From positions 156,332 through 220,331 of the forward strand of contig CAIRFN010000006.1 of assembly GCA_903877885.1 (NCBI GenBank): DNA of 64,000 bases, written 5' to 3'. The notes beneath the pieces were generated by a model. That model was not told where the DNA came from. It saw only the letters and a list, made by a program, of their open reading frames with translations, and ran no database searches. A program made the position numbers and the translations under genes. Each line of letters begins with the position of its first letter. Positions within the stretch are counted from its first letter, which is position 1. Positions 26,504 through 36,633 of this stretch are shown one piece after another. This DNA is from an uncultured Candidatus Berkelbacteria bacterium (GTDB lineage Bacteria; Patescibacteriota; UBA1384; UBA12157).

Positions 26504-27659
26504 TGTTTTTCTCGTATAACTTTTCTAATTTAATGGCACAGGAAAGACTGGAAAATTCTTTAGCGCTTTCTTTGGCATTTTTACCCATCTCTTTACGTTT
26601 TTCGGGATTATCTAAAAGCGATTCTATTTTACCAGCAAAATCATTAATATTCAAGTCTGTAAGGTAACCATCATGGCCATTTCTTACTAAATCCGATGGC
26701 CCCATTTTATTTACAGCCACAACTGGAATGCCGGCAGCCATCGCTTCAGTCACCACTATACCTTGAGTTTCGGTGATTGAAGGAAAAACAAACAAGTCGG
26801 CCGCACCATAAAATTTGTTAGCATTTTTCTTTTGCATCATGTCGGTAAAACTAACATAATCATTAATGCCCATTTTTTTAGCTAGGTCTTCATAAAAATT
26901 AAGTTCTGGCCCGCCGCCGACCATTAATAAATGAACATCAGCCAAACGGTGTTTTTTTAATCTGTTAGCTAAAATCTTTTTAAAAGCTTTGAATAAAAAA
27001 TCGATATTTTTTTCTTTGGCAATTCGGCTTAAATACAATAGAATTTTTCTATTTTCCGGAATATCCCATTTGGCGCGAATGACTTTATCGGGAAAATGAT
27101 GCTCCATTTCCTCAATATGAATGCCAGTCGGAATAGCTTCAATTGGCTTTGTTACGCCATAAGTTTTTAAAATTCTGGCCATTGAAGGTGACGGCGTAAT
27201 AACCTGGTCGCAATCGTTGCAAAAATCGCGGCTAATATTTTTCAAGATTTGTTTAGCGGCTAAATTGAAAATTGGGACATAATGAGTATATTCGGCAATT
27301 AAAGTATGGTAGGTATAAACCATCGGAATGTTGAGTTCGTGTGCCACTCTCATTCCCAGTCGGCCCATGGTAAAAAGATGTTGCGAATGAATAATATCTA
27401 ATTTTAATTCTTTAGCTTTTTTAATAACTTTGGCAGCTGCAGTTGGCAAAGCAATTGGATAGTTTTCTTCGCCCGGCCAGGTGAAAGAAGGAAAGCGAAA
27501 AACATGATCCGGATCTTTGTCTTTAAAACCTTTAGTTTTTGGTGTAAAAACGTAAATCTTATGACCTCTTTTTTCCAACTCTTCGCGAAAGGTTTCAATC
27601 GAAACCACCACGCCGTTTAAGGTTGGCAAATAACATTCAGAAAAAATCCCAATATTCAT
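26469..27659 (-). CDS. Glycosyltransferase family 4
   Basis: GT-B C-terminal motif FVFPSITETQGIVVTEAMAAGIPVV. Confidence 0.8.
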   Translation of the reverse strand: MNIGIFSECYLPTLNGVVVSIETFREELEKRGHKIYVFTPKTKGFKDKDPDHVFRFPSFTWPGEENYPIALPTAAAKVIKKAKELKLDIIHSQHLFTMGRLGMRVAHELNIPMVYTYHTLIAEYTHYVPIFNLAAKQILKNISRDFCNDCDQVITPSPSMARILKTYGVTKPIEAIPTGIHIEEMEHHFPDKVIRAKWDIPENRKILLYLSRIAKEKNIDFLFKAFKKILANRLKKHRLADVHLLMVGGGPELNFYEDLAKKMGINDYVSFTDMMQKKNANKFYGAADLFVFPSITETQGIVVTEAMAAGIPVVAVNKMGPSDLVRNGHDGYLTDLNINDFAGKIESLLDNPEKRKEMGKNAKESAKEFSSLSCAIKLEKLYEKNIEKLKNSHSSK

Positions 27660-27693
27660 ATTTCTCCTAACTTTCTTCTACTATAACAAAATA

Positions 27694-29502
27694 TTAGACA
27701 ATATCGAAGGGGTCGACGTCAATAATCCAACCTTTGCCAAGTTTTTTTAAAAATTCATCAAGTGTAGTGTTTCTTTTTGGTAATTTTAAAATCAGTTGAT
27801 AGTAAAAATAATCGCGTTTTTGTAAATTCCGCGCTGGCGCCGGGCCTAAAATATCTAATTCAATTTTTTCTTGTGTGACAATTTTTTGAATTTGGGTTTT
27901 TACTTTTTGCGTTTCCAGCTTGCATTCAGCTTCGCTGTAACTTCGATATGCTAATTTAATTAATTTAACGAAGGGTGGAAAATTGAATTTTTGGCGATTA
28001 ACTATTTCTGTTTGGTAAAATTTTTCATAATCCAAACTGGCCAGTGAACCGATAAAGCTGCTTTCTGATAATCGCGTTTGAATTATACCTGTTTCGGCAA
28101 TGCTCAAAAATTTGTAAAAGTTCTGAAATGATTTTTCAAAATTTCGAAATCCAGGAAAATTTAAACTTTGGTCTGCGTCTATAATAGCGACAAATTCGAT
28201 TACTGGAAAGATTTTTTTAAGCGCAAAACTGGTCACTACCGCAATATTCCAATCAGAATTTAAATCGTCTTCATGATCCTTCTCCACTCGAATTATTTTG
28301 GCATCTGGATATTGTTTTTTAATAATGCTAACTATTTTCCCAGTCGTTAAACCAATATCTTTTAAGTTTAAACTTTGGCATTTCGGACATTTAATAATAT
28401 TGGAAAATTGTTTTTCGCAATTATTACAATAAAAATTATCATCAATAATATTTAATGGCAACTGACATTGGGGACAAACATAAGTCCAACCACAATCGTC
28501 GCAAGTTCGACGCGAAGCTTGACCGCGACGATTTAAAACCAAAATCGCTTTTTGATTATTTTCTAAAATCAATTCGATTTTTTCTTTGAGCGGTTGACTT
28601 AAAATTTGTTTTTCAAAAGTCATATTTACAATCGAAATATCGGGGACTTTTTCGTTTTTATTTTTATACAAGAATTTATTAGTTTTAGCTTGGAAATAAG
28701 TTTCAATACTCGGTGCGCTTGAGCCTAGTACTAGACTCACGTTCGTGAGCTTGGTAAGTTGTTGCGCCACTTTAATCGCGCTAAATCTTGGTGATTGGTC
28801 GGATTTATAAGTTTCATTTTCCTCTTTGTCAATAATAATTAAACCCAAATTTGGCGCAGGCGAAAAGATTGCCGAAGTCGAACCTAAAATAATTTTTGCT
28901 TCCCCCCGACGAATTTTATCCCAAGCTAACCACCGCTGGGTCAGTGTTAAATTACCGTGAATAATTGTAATATCTTCTTTAATATATTTAGTAAAATAAT
29001 CAATCAAACTTAAATCCGGCACTAAAATAATTGTTTGTTTTTTCTGCGCCAACGTTTTTTTAATCGCCCGTAAATAGAATTTTAATCTGCTTGCAAAATC
29101 CGCCACAATTAAATATTGTTTAGCGTTAATATTTGGACTAGACTGGATTTCAATATCATAGTTAAGATTTTTCTTGATTGTTCGTTTGGCCGGTGGTACT
29201 ACAAAGTTGAACAACGTCTTACTAAAATCGCTTAAATAATAATCGCTCATCCACTTAGCTAAATCGGTTTGTGTTTTGTAGACGACTGGCACTGGGTCGA
29301 TCACGGCGACGATTGGTTTTAAATTTAGAATTTGCGACGAGCGTTTAATTTCTACAATTATGCCTTCAATATTTCTGCCGCGAAACGGCACCAAAACTAA
29401 AAGACCGATTTTAATCATCGGTAAAATTTCCGGCGGGATTGAGTAATCAAAAATTCCCTCACCCCGAGTTCTAATTTTCGGCACAACCTTGGCAATTTGC
29501 AT
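27694..29502 (-). CDS. priA: Primosomal protein N' (PriA) homolog with degenerate helicase motifs
   Basis: A 3'-DNA-binding-domain-like N-terminus, a PriA-like segment ILGSTSAIFSPAPNLGLIIIDKEENETYKS, and a Cys-rich zinc region (CDDCGWTYVCPQC..CNNCEK..CPKCQS). No GxGKT Walker A is present, and DExH is replaced by DKEE. Confidence 0.7.
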   Translation of the reverse strand: MQIAKVVPKIRTRGEGIFDYSIPPEILPMIKIGLLVLVPFRGRNIEGIIVEIKRSSQILNLKPIVAVIDPVPVVYKTQTDLAKWMSDYYLSDFSKTLFNFVVPPAKRTIKKNLNYDIEIQSSPNINAKQYLIVADFASRLKFYLRAIKKTLAQKKQTIILVPDLSLIDYFTKYIKEDITIIHGNLTLTQRWLAWDKIRRGEAKIILGSTSAIFSPAPNLGLIIIDKEENETYKSDQSPRFSAIKVAQQLTKLTNVSLVLGSSAPSIETYFQAKTNKFLYKNKNEKVPDISIVNMTFEKQILSQPLKEKIELILENNQKAILVLNRRGQASRRTCDDCGWTYVCPQCQLPLNIIDDNFYCNNCEKQFSNIIKCPKCQSLNLKDIGLTTGKIVSIIKKQYPDAKIIRVEKDHEDDLNSDWNIAVVTSFALKKIFPVIEFVAIIDADQSLNFPGFRNFEKSFQNFYKFLSIAETGIIQTRLSESSFIGSLASLDYEKFYQTEIVNRQKFNFPPFVKLIKLAYRSYSEAECKLETQKVKTQIQKIVTQEKIELDILGPAPARNLQKRDYFYYQLILKLPKRNTTLDEFLKKLGKGWIIDVDPFDIV

Positions 29503-29518
29503 AATATAATAGTACTAC

Positions 29519-30034
29519 TTAATCTTCATGTCGTTCAACAGTAAAACGAAATAAGGCGATTTCTTCGTCGGGCTCGATGCCGCCTTTTTCGCGAGCGATT
29601 GTGACTTGTTCTTCAACGCTTTTTATTCCTTTGATATCGGGTAAAAGCAAGCCATCGCGGCCGTCGGAAGCTTGAACAATAATGCCGTATTTTTCAATAT
29701 CCAAATCATCATTGGAAAAAACTTGTTCTGGTTCGTTTAATACATCAACACTAACCTTTAAATCCGCGAGTTCTTTAATTTCAACTGGTAAAAATCTCGG
29801 ATCTTGAGTGGCGGCAGCCACAGCATTGGCTTCGATTTCGCCGGCTAGATTTTTGTAAGTTGGTAAAACTGTGCCAATACAACCGCGCAGTTTATCGTTT
29901 TTATCGCGCAAAGTGACAAAACAGCTAGCGCGACGCGTTAAAATTTCCGGATTAACTTTTTTTAAATCCGGCAATTCTTCTTTTTCTAAATATAATTTGA
30001 TAGTATCGTAAGCTAATTGTTGGTAAATATCCAT
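29519..30034 (-). CDS. AMMECR1-domain protein
   Basis: RGCIG motif; 171 aa. Confidence 0.75.
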   Translation of the reverse strand: MDIYQQLAYDTIKLYLEKEELPDLKKVNPEILTRRASCFVTLRDKNDKLRGCIGTVLPTYKNLAGEIEANAVAAATQDPRFLPVEIKELADLKVSVDVLNEPEQVFSNDDLDIEKYGIIVQASDGRDGLLLPDIKGIKSVEEQVTIAREKGGIEPDEEIALFRFTVERHED

Positions 30035-30040
30035 TTTGGT

Positions 30041-30838
30041 CTAACTTTCTGGAACCTCGAAATTGGCAACGGCATAGCCAACGCCAAACGGGCCTTCATA
30101 ACTTAAAATTTGTGGTTCATAATTCATTTGGTCAAGCGCGCCGAGCAGAATTAAAATTGAGCGAAAGCCGCACTCGAACCAGTTGTCAATAATATCATCT
30201 TCATAAAAAAGAATATCTTGAATTTGTTTATTTTTTAAATCGTTAATCAACTGTTCATCATATGTTTTAGTTTCTGGAATTTGGATTAACTGATGGCTTA
30301 AATCACCAGAAGCTAAAATTCCGACTCGACCAGCGTATTTTTTTGCAACTTCGCCAATGATTTGACCAAAAGCAAAATGTTTGGCTCGATCTAAATTTGA
30401 ATAAGAAATGTTAACGATTTTTAAACCCATTTCTTGAGCGGTGCGCAGATAATACAAGGGGACCATTGCACCGTGATCAAGTTCATAAAACTCGCCACCA
30501 TTATCATATGGCACAAATGGAATGCCTTCTTTGTTGGCTGCTTCGGCGATATTTTCGACTAATTCCAAATCATTATTGTATTCAAAGGTGATATTTGGCT
30601 GATCAAATTGGGCTAGAGTGCCGAAACTTTTGGGCATAGCCGAAATATTAAAGCGATCCGGATAAATCAGTCCATGAGGTGAGATAATAATTAAGGTTTC
30701 AATTTCGGCTTCGCCAAAAATATGAGCTAGCTTACGCATACTAACAGCAGTGTCGGCGACTTTTTTCAAATCCTCTTTGCCGATTTCCGGAATTAAAAGT
30801 GGTGGATGCGGGGCTAGCCCGGCGAAATTTAATGACAT
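30041..30838 (-). CDS. LigB-family (class III extradiol dioxygenase-like) protein
   Basis: APHPP, ISPHG, LDHGAMVPL and ASGDLSHQL motifs; adjacent to the AMMECR1 gene with a 6-nt gap. Confidence 0.65.
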   Translation of the reverse strand: MSLNFAGLAPHPPLLIPEIGKEDLKKVADTAVSMRKLAHIFGEAEIETLIIISPHGLIYPDRFNISAMPKSFGTLAQFDQPNITFEYNNDLELVENIAEAANKEGIPFVPYDNGGEFYELDHGAMVPLYYLRTAQEMGLKIVNISYSNLDRAKHFAFGQIIGEVAKKYAGRVGILASGDLSHQLIQIPETKTYDEQLINDLKNKQIQDILFYEDDIIDNWFECGFRSILILLGALDQMNYEPQILSYEGPFGVGYAVANFEVPES

Positions 30839-30840
30839 AT

Positions 30841-31668
30841 TTATCCTTGTGGTAAAACATCGGGTGTTTTAATCGGTCCAAATAAATCGATCGGATAGAT
30901 GGCGACAATGGCGCGACCGATCATATTTTGTTTTGGCACTGTACCCCATTCGCGCGAGTCAGAGGAGTGTGGTCGGTTGTCGCCGAGCACAAAATATTCA
31001 TTTTGACCAACAGTGATTTTAAAATCTTCAACGCTGGTCGTCGTAGTAATCCCTGGGGACAAAAATGACTGATCGAGCATTTTACCATTAACGTAAACTT
31101 TATTATCTTTAATTTCCACATTATCGCCAGGCAGACCAATCATTCGTTTAATGTAATCATCTTGCGGACTTTTTGGTGCCTGGAAAATCACCACTTCTCC
31201 ACGAATTGGTTCGCGCAGTCTGTAACTTATCTTATCAACTAAAATCATTTCGTTGTTTTGAAAATTTTGCTCCATACTCGGGCCATCAACCAAAAAAGGT
31301 TGAATTACAAAAAGTCTTAAGGCGATACCTAAAATTAGAATGATATCAAAGGCTTTAACTGTGCTCCACCATCCTTCGATCGCCTCGTCGTCTTGCGGTT
31401 GATCCTTATATTGATTGGAAATGTATTTAATCCAGAGTACAAAACCCCAAATACCAAAAATAGTTAAAACTGCGCTGACGATTAACATGATCGAAAGACC
31501 GGGTGTGTTAGGAGTTAAAGATGTTAGAACAAGTAAACCATAAACTAGATTTAAAAGCGAAATAATAAGAGTTCGTGTTGCCGAAGCTTTGAAACAAAAA
31601 CAGATAATCACGACTAAAGCAGTGAAACCAGCCAAATAATATTCGTAAGACGTTGGTAAAATAGGCAT
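30841..31668 (-). CDS. lepB: Signal peptidase I with an N-terminal multi-TM extension
   Basis: S26 boxes GPSMEQ, RGEVVIF, YIKRMIGLPGD and VLGDNRPHSSDSREWG. Confidence 0.8.
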   Translation of the reverse strand: MPILPTSYEYYLAGFTALVVIICFCFKASATRTLIISLLNLVYGLLVLTSLTPNTPGLSIMLIVSAVLTIFGIWGFVLWIKYISNQYKDQPQDDEAIEGWWSTVKAFDIILILGIALRLFVIQPFLVDGPSMEQNFQNNEMILVDKISYRLREPIRGEVVIFQAPKSPQDDYIKRMIGLPGDNVEIKDNKVYVNGKMLDQSFLSPGITTTTSVEDFKITVGQNEYFVLGDNRPHSSDSREWGTVPKQNMIGRAIVAIYPIDLFGPIKTPDVLPQG

Positions 31669-31686
31669 GAATTCCTTTCTTTAAAT

Positions 31687-31763
31687 TGGTGGTCGCTACT
31701 GGATTTGAACCAGTGACCTCTTGCGTGTGATGCAAGCGCTCTAACCAACTGAGCTAAGCGACC
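31687..31763 (-). tRNA. tRNA-Val (anticodon CAC), CCA encoded
   Basis: The reverse complement reads GGTCGCTTAGCTCAGTTGGTTAGAGCGCTTGCATCACACGCAAGAGGTCACTGGTTCAAATCCAGTAGCGACCA. Confidence 0.8.
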
Positions 31764-31835
31764 AAAACTAATCAAATTTTACCATATTTTTAGACTTTTG
31801 GCCAGAGGCAATAAATAATATATAATAGAGAAAGT

Positions 31836-32573
31836 ATGTATCCAATTTTATTTTATCTTGGCAACTTTCCGATTTATTCTCACGGCGTGATGATTGTTTT
31901 AGGTATGATTGTTGGTGGCGCTATCACCACCAGATTTTTAAGTCGAACAATTCCGGTATATGAAACTTTTATGGAAGTTATTCTAGCCTCGCTTTTTGGC
32001 GGAATTTTGGGTGCCAGAATTCTTTATCTACTCCTTTACTCAAATCAATTTTCTAGTTTCAAAGATATGATGTCATTTTGGAACGGGGGAATGGTTTCTT
32101 TCGGCGGCGCTATTGGTGGAATTTTGGCGGCCGGGTTAGTTTTGAAACTAAAAAAAGAACCGGTTTTAAAATGGTTAGATTTTAGTATTTTTGGGCTAAT
32201 GATCGGTTGGGCCATCGGTCGAATTGGCTGTTTTTTAAATGGCGATAGTGTTGGAATTTACACCACATCAATTTTGGCGATTTGGGGTCGATATCAAACC
32301 GCCTTATTCGAAAGTATCTGGCTGGTTTTAATTAGCGGTTTTCTATATTGTTTTTACCAAAAAAATAAAAATGTTTGGCCAAGCGGAATAATCTTTAGTT
32401 TAGCGATTGGTTTGTATGGATTTGGTCGCTTTTTAATTGATTTTGTTCAAGACGAACCAATCTGGTTCTGGCATTTGCGTTATGGCCAAATCGGATCTAT
32501 TTCAACCTTGGTATTTGCAATCATTTTGATTTTAGTGATAATGGAAAGAGAACGAAAAACTAAAATCAAGTAA
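31836..32573 (+). CDS. lgt: Prolipoprotein diacylglyceryl transferase
   Basis: Multi-TM protein with the Lgt signature GWAIGRIGCFLNGD. Confidence 0.85.
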   Translation: MYPILFYLGNFPIYSHGVMIVLGMIVGGAITTRFLSRTIPVYETFMEVILASLFGGILGARILYLLLYSNQFSSFKDMMSFWNGGMVSFGGAIGGILAAGLVLKLKKEPVLKWLDFSIFGLMIGWAIGRIGCFLNGDSVGIYTTSILAIWGRYQTALFESIWLVLISGFLYCFYQKNKNVWPSGIIFSLAIGLYGFGRFLIDFVQDEPIWFWHLRYGQIGSISTLVFAIILILVIMERERKTKIK

Positions 32574-32576
32574 ATT

Positions 32577-33260
32577 ATGAAAATAGCCAAAAATATTGAA
32601 ATAAAATTTTTAGGGACTTCCAGCGGCGAGCCAATTCCTCGAGGTGATGATTGCGAGCAATGCCAGTCAAAGGACATAAAAGATAAACGTCTGCGGGCGA
32701 GTATTTTGATTAACAAAAAAATTTTGGTTGACGCTGGTCCAGATGTTTTAAAGCAACTTACTCGATCTCAAATTGAAAATTTAGAACTGGTGCTTATCAC
32801 TCATGACCATCGGGATCATTGCGGCGGAATTATTGATCTTACAAAAATCAAAAAAGATTTGGAAATTATTCATCTTAAACCTGGTCAGCATTTTGCTTGG
32901 GAAGGGATTGATTTTTATGCTTTCAAAATCCGTCATTCCGAAGTTGTTACTACAGTTGGTTTGGAAATTAATTCGATCGTTTACATTCCAGATTCGGCCG
33001 ATTTAGAATGGGCTCAAAAATATTTAAAGGAATCGAAAATTGCTATTTTGGACGGTTCAGTTTTAAATCGTAGTTTTGCAGGTCATATGTCGATTAACGA
33101 AATAATTAATCAAACCAAAAATCTGCGTAATTTGCGCCAAATTTATTTTACACACAATGGTCATACTCACCGAACTCACGATGAGATGATTAGAACTGTC
33201 AAAGCTCTGGGTGACCACCGTTACACCCTGGCATATGATGGTTTAGAAATCGAAGTTTAA
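32577..33260 (+). CDS. MBL-fold metallo-hydrolase
   Basis: ITHDHRDHCGG motif. Confidence 0.7.
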   Translation: MKIAKNIEIKFLGTSSGEPIPRGDDCEQCQSKDIKDKRLRASILINKKILVDAGPDVLKQLTRSQIENLELVLITHDHRDHCGGIIDLTKIKKDLEIIHLKPGQHFAWEGIDFYAFKIRHSEVVTTVGLEINSIVYIPDSADLEWAQKYLKESKIAILDGSVLNRSFAGHMSINEIINQTKNLRNLRQIYFTHNGHTHRTHDEMIRTVKALGDHRYTLAYDGLEIEV

Positions 33261-33262
33261 GG

Positions 33263-33811
33263 TTGACTAAATTCAAAAAATCTTTTATTCTAAGTTTATC
33301 CTTTGACCGGAGGGCGAATAAGGTGAATTTTGGACAACCGATTTTTAATATCAACTTTAAAGTCAAAACCACGCAAGATATTTTTGCTGGTTTAAAACTT
33401 TCCTTGCCACTTCATTTGATTGTCGAAGATTTAGAAAAAATCAATCAGGCGTTGAAATTTATCAGTGATAATTTTTCTGGTCATAATCATGTAACTTCAA
33501 GCGGTTATATTGCCAGGGGAAAGTGCTCGCGCTTTAAATCATTTATTACGGCCGAGATTGAACTAGATTCAGTTGCGATTGCTCGATTTAACCTGGTAAG
33601 GTTTAAACAATACAAAGAATCTGAAGTTTTTGTTTGTCATGCGCATATCAATGAGAGTAGAGTTGAACTATCGGTTCGAAATATTTTTTATGATGGCCAT
33701 GGCTTTTATATCGAAGACATTCGTCATAAAGATCATCGTGCCAAAAATTTACAAGCTGCAATTGATCATCTGACACCGCACCATGTCGATTCCGAAGGGG
33801 GTTTGGGATGA
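33263..33811 (+). CDS. Hypothetical His-rich protein
   Basis: 182-aa ORF with several HxH pairs; no confident family. Confidence 0.35.
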   Translation: MTKFKKSFILSLSFDRRANKVNFGQPIFNINFKVKTTQDIFAGLKLSLPLHLIVEDLEKINQALKFISDNFSGHNHVTSSGYIARGKCSRFKSFITAEIELDSVAIARFNLVRFKQYKESEVFVCHAHINESRVELSVRNIFYDGHGFYIEDIRHKDHRAKNLQAAIDHLTPHHVDSEGGLG

Positions 33812-34005
33812 AAATTCTGTCACTACTATCGATGCTTCCGGCGATACTGTTTTTGATCACAATTCCCGCGATCATCATTTTGACGCCGAATAGTGTCTAT
33901 AGAATCTGTTTTACTCTCACAGGGATTTTCACCTTTGTGCTATTTGTAGCTATTCTGGTGGCTTTACTTCTCCCTAGAAACGAACCAGCGATCGGCGAGT
34001 GCTGA
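33808..34005 (+). CDS. Hypothetical small membrane protein
   Basis: 65 aa with two TM segments; overlaps the upstream stop. Confidence 0.3.
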   Translation: MKILSLLSMLPAILFLITIPAIIILTPNSVYRICFTLTGIFTFVLFVAILVALLLPRNEPAIGEC

Positions 34006-34114
34006 TTGCAAATTACTTACCATCTTGCCTCTGTCTATTCAGGGGCTTTTTATTAACCAAAAAACCAACCCCAGGGGTTGGTTTTTTAAGGTTTTGTTAT
34101 TATCAAAATTGAAT

Positions 34115-34471
34115 TTATACAGTAGCGACTTTGACGCGTTCAACCAGTGTAGTAAATTCAGCGGCGTTTTGTTCAGCCATTTGGGAAAGCACTTTGCGGT
34201 CGAGATCGATTTTGTTATCTTTCAAAGCTTTCATAAAGACTGAATAAGTGATGCCGTTTAGTCGGCAAGCGGCATTAATCTGGATAATCCAAAGAGCGCG
34301 GAAGTCGCGTTTCTTGGTTCGGCGGTGAGCATAAGCATGTTGGCCAGCTTTAAGAATGGCTTGGTTAGCCATTTTGACCAAATTCTTACGACCATGTCGA
34401 TAACCTTTGGTTTTAGCAAATAGATTTTTATGAGTTTTTTTAGTGGTAACACCACGTTTTACACGAGCCAT
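34115..34471 (-). CDS. rplT: 50S ribosomal protein L20
   Basis: MARVKRGVTTKK...RALWIIQINAA. Confidence 0.9.
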   Translation of the reverse strand: MARVKRGVTTKKTHKNLFAKTKGYRHGRKNLVKMANQAILKAGQHAYAHRRTKKRDFRALWIIQINAACRLNGITYSVFMKALKDNKIDLDRKVLSQMAEQNAAEFTTLVERVKVATV

Positions 34472-34489
34472 ACTATCCTTTCAGGATTT

Positions 34490-34687
34490 TTAAAGGTAAG
34501 GAACCATTTTTCTAATATTTTTGGCATCAACTTTATTAAAAGCGACGGTTTTATCGGCATCGCGACGAACGCGTTTGCTTTTACCGGTTGAACGATGCTG
34601 GGCTGAAGTTTTTCGATGTAAAACCAAACCACTTTTAGTGATTTTAACAATTCTTTTGACAGCTGATTTACAGGTTTTTAGTTTCAT
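34490..34687 (-). CDS. rpmI: 50S ribosomal protein L35
   Basis: MKLKTCKSAVKRIVKITKSGLVLHRKTSAQHRS. Confidence 0.9.
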   Translation of the reverse strand: MKLKTCKSAVKRIVKITKSGLVLHRKTSAQHRSTGKSKRVRRDADKTVAFNKVDAKNIRKMVPYL

Positions 34688-34786
34688 TCGGTTATTCCTC
34701 TACAAATTTACAAACTAATACCTGCCTGGCCGACAGGCAGGCTAATATTAAGAAATATAATATCTTAGTTTTTTTATTATATCATA

Positions 34787-35305
34787 TTATTTTGATTGAA
34801 TCAATACCGCGGAGAAGCGATTACCCATTCTTTCAAGACTGGTTTCGCTAGTGGCATTGGTATCGGTCATAATTCGATTCATCAAAGCGCGAACCCGATC
34901 TTGGAAGATCATTTCGCGGCCGCGAAGTTGAATCGTAACTTTAACCTTATCGCCGGCAGCAAAAAACTTTTTAATTCGGCCTTCTTTGACTTCTAAATCA
35001 TGATCACCAATTTTAATTCCCATGCGAACTTCTTTAATAGTTGTCTCATGAGATTTGGCTTTTTGCTTGGAAATCTGTTTTTGCAGGTTATAAAGATGTT
35101 TGCCGTAATCCATTAATTTGGCAATCGGCGGATTTTGGGTTTCGTTTAACAAAACTAAATCTGTTTCAGCCTGATAAGCAAGATAAAGAGCCTGGTCAAT
35201 ACCGACCTTGCCTAAAACTTTGCCCTCTTCGTCAATTAACATGACTTCTGGGGCAGTAATTTCCTGATTAATTTTTTGTCCTTTAATTTTGTCTCCTAAA
35301 TCCAA
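34787..35305 (-). CDS. infC: Translation initiation factor IF-3
   Basis: INQEITAPEVMLIDEEGKVLG, the C-terminal domain, and the infC-rpmI-rplT gene order. Confidence 0.85.
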   Translation of the reverse strand: MDLGDKIKGQKINQEITAPEVMLIDEEGKVLGKVGIDQALYLAYQAETDLVLLNETQNPPIAKLMDYGKHLYNLQKQISKQKAKSHETTIKEVRMGIKIGDHDLEVKEGRIKKFFAAGDKVKVTIQLRGREMIFQDRVRALMNRIMTDTNATSETSLERMGNRFSAVLIQSK

Positions 35306-35313
35306 ATAATAAT

Positions 35314-36075
35314 TTAACGCTTTTCCTGGATAATTATATCACGGGCAACCACAATTTTCAAGGCCCGAGGCATATCGCGGCAAATAATTGGTGTTTTGGC
35401 GATGATTTCATCATCAACTCGAACCGACAAAGATGCTTCCAAAGTCTCAATTTTAATTTCATTGGAAACAAATCGGCTAGAATAAATATCATTAATGTCT
35501 TCTTTTCGGCCGATAAAAGCATTGAATAAACTTTTGATACTGGTTTTGTTTTCGTAACTTAAATCCTTAATCTCTACTTTTACACCTGGTTTGATAATAA
35601 TTTTATTAAAATCAGCGCTCAATTGAATCTCATCCATAGTCAAATAGGCAGTGGCCGGTTTAACTGATTCAATTGTTGCTTCGGTCATAAAATATTTATT
35701 TGGTTCAATACAACAAGCATTAACAGTTCTTAGCTTTCGAAATTTTAAAGCCTGGCAAGCTTCTTTATAATCATGAACGCCAATGCGCTTGGCTATTTTA
35801 GATTCATAATCTTCGGGAATAATACCTAAAACAGTATCTTTATTACTATCTTGGTTAATAATTGCCGTGACAATTTTATTAACGATTTTTTCCGAACCAA
35901 CGGCCACGATTGTCGAATAACCTTTAGTAATACCCAAAGTCGCCAGTTCTTCAATTGTTCTTGCCGGCGATGGAAAAACGGTTTCACCCGCAATGCCTAA
36001 ATCGCCTAAAGTATCTTTGACTTTCTCTTGCCACAAGGCTTTGTTTCCGGCCGGCTCCATTATATAGTAGTACAC
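35314..36075 (-). CDS. Diacylglycerol/lipid kinase catalytic-domain protein (YegS/DagK-like)
   Basis: TIVAVGSEKIVNKIVTAII resembles the DAGK_cat GGDGT region. Confidence 0.5.
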   Translation of the reverse strand: MYYYIMEPAGNKALWQEKVKDTLGDLGIAGETVFPSPARTIEELATLGITKGYSTIVAVGSEKIVNKIVTAIINQDSNKDTVLGIIPEDYESKIAKRIGVHDYKEACQALKFRKLRTVNACCIEPNKYFMTEATIESVKPATAYLTMDEIQLSADFNKIIIKPGVKVEIKDLSYENKTSIKSLFNAFIGRKEDINDIYSSRFVSNEIKIETLEASLSVRVDDEIIAKTPIICRDMPRALKIVVARDIIIQEKR

Positions 36076-36097
36076 TTACTACTCCTTTAGAGCATTG

Positions 36098-36508
36098 TTA
36101 AACTTCAGCCGGTGTTTCAACTTGATCTTCTTTAACCTCTTCAACGTGCGATTTGGTCATTTCTTTGTCACCATTAGGCATATTTGATTTACCGATGAAA
36201 ATGGCACCAGAGCGAATATTTAAATCCTTGGTGGTAGTTGAACCATAAACTTTACCAGTTGGTAGAATTTCGATTTTTGCGCTAGCCGTGATTGAACCAT
36301 AAACAATGCCAGCGATTTGGACTGTTTCGGCTGAAATCGGGCCTTTAATATAGGCTGTTTCAGCAATAATGATGTTTTTGTCGGATTTGACTTCACCTTC
36401 AATTTGACCATGGATCGTGATTTCACTGGCATCGTAGAGAGTACCGACGAGTTTGACATTTGCCCCAACGATTGTGCTGGGACCCGAGACATTTTTGTCG
36501 CCAATCAT
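36098..36508 (-). CDS. Bactofilin (CcmA-like) cytoskeletal protein
   Basis: Repetitive beta-helix pattern (IGANVKLVGTL..ITIHGQIEGEV..) and a disordered tail. Confidence 0.75.
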   Translation of the reverse strand: MIGDKNVSGPSTIVGANVKLVGTLYDASEITIHGQIEGEVKSDKNIIIAETAYIKGPISAETVQIAGIVYGSITASAKIEILPTGKVYGSTTTKDLNIRSGAIFIGKSNMPNGDKEMTKSHVEEVKEDQVETPAEV

Positions 36509-36633
36509 TTAAGACCTCCTTAAATTTAATATTTTGAATATACTTCTATGCTATCGAGAATCATTCTAGTTGTCAAATGGCATTATTGACAATCGAGTAT
36601 GATTAGTTAAGATAAGATCAGGAGGCGAACCTT

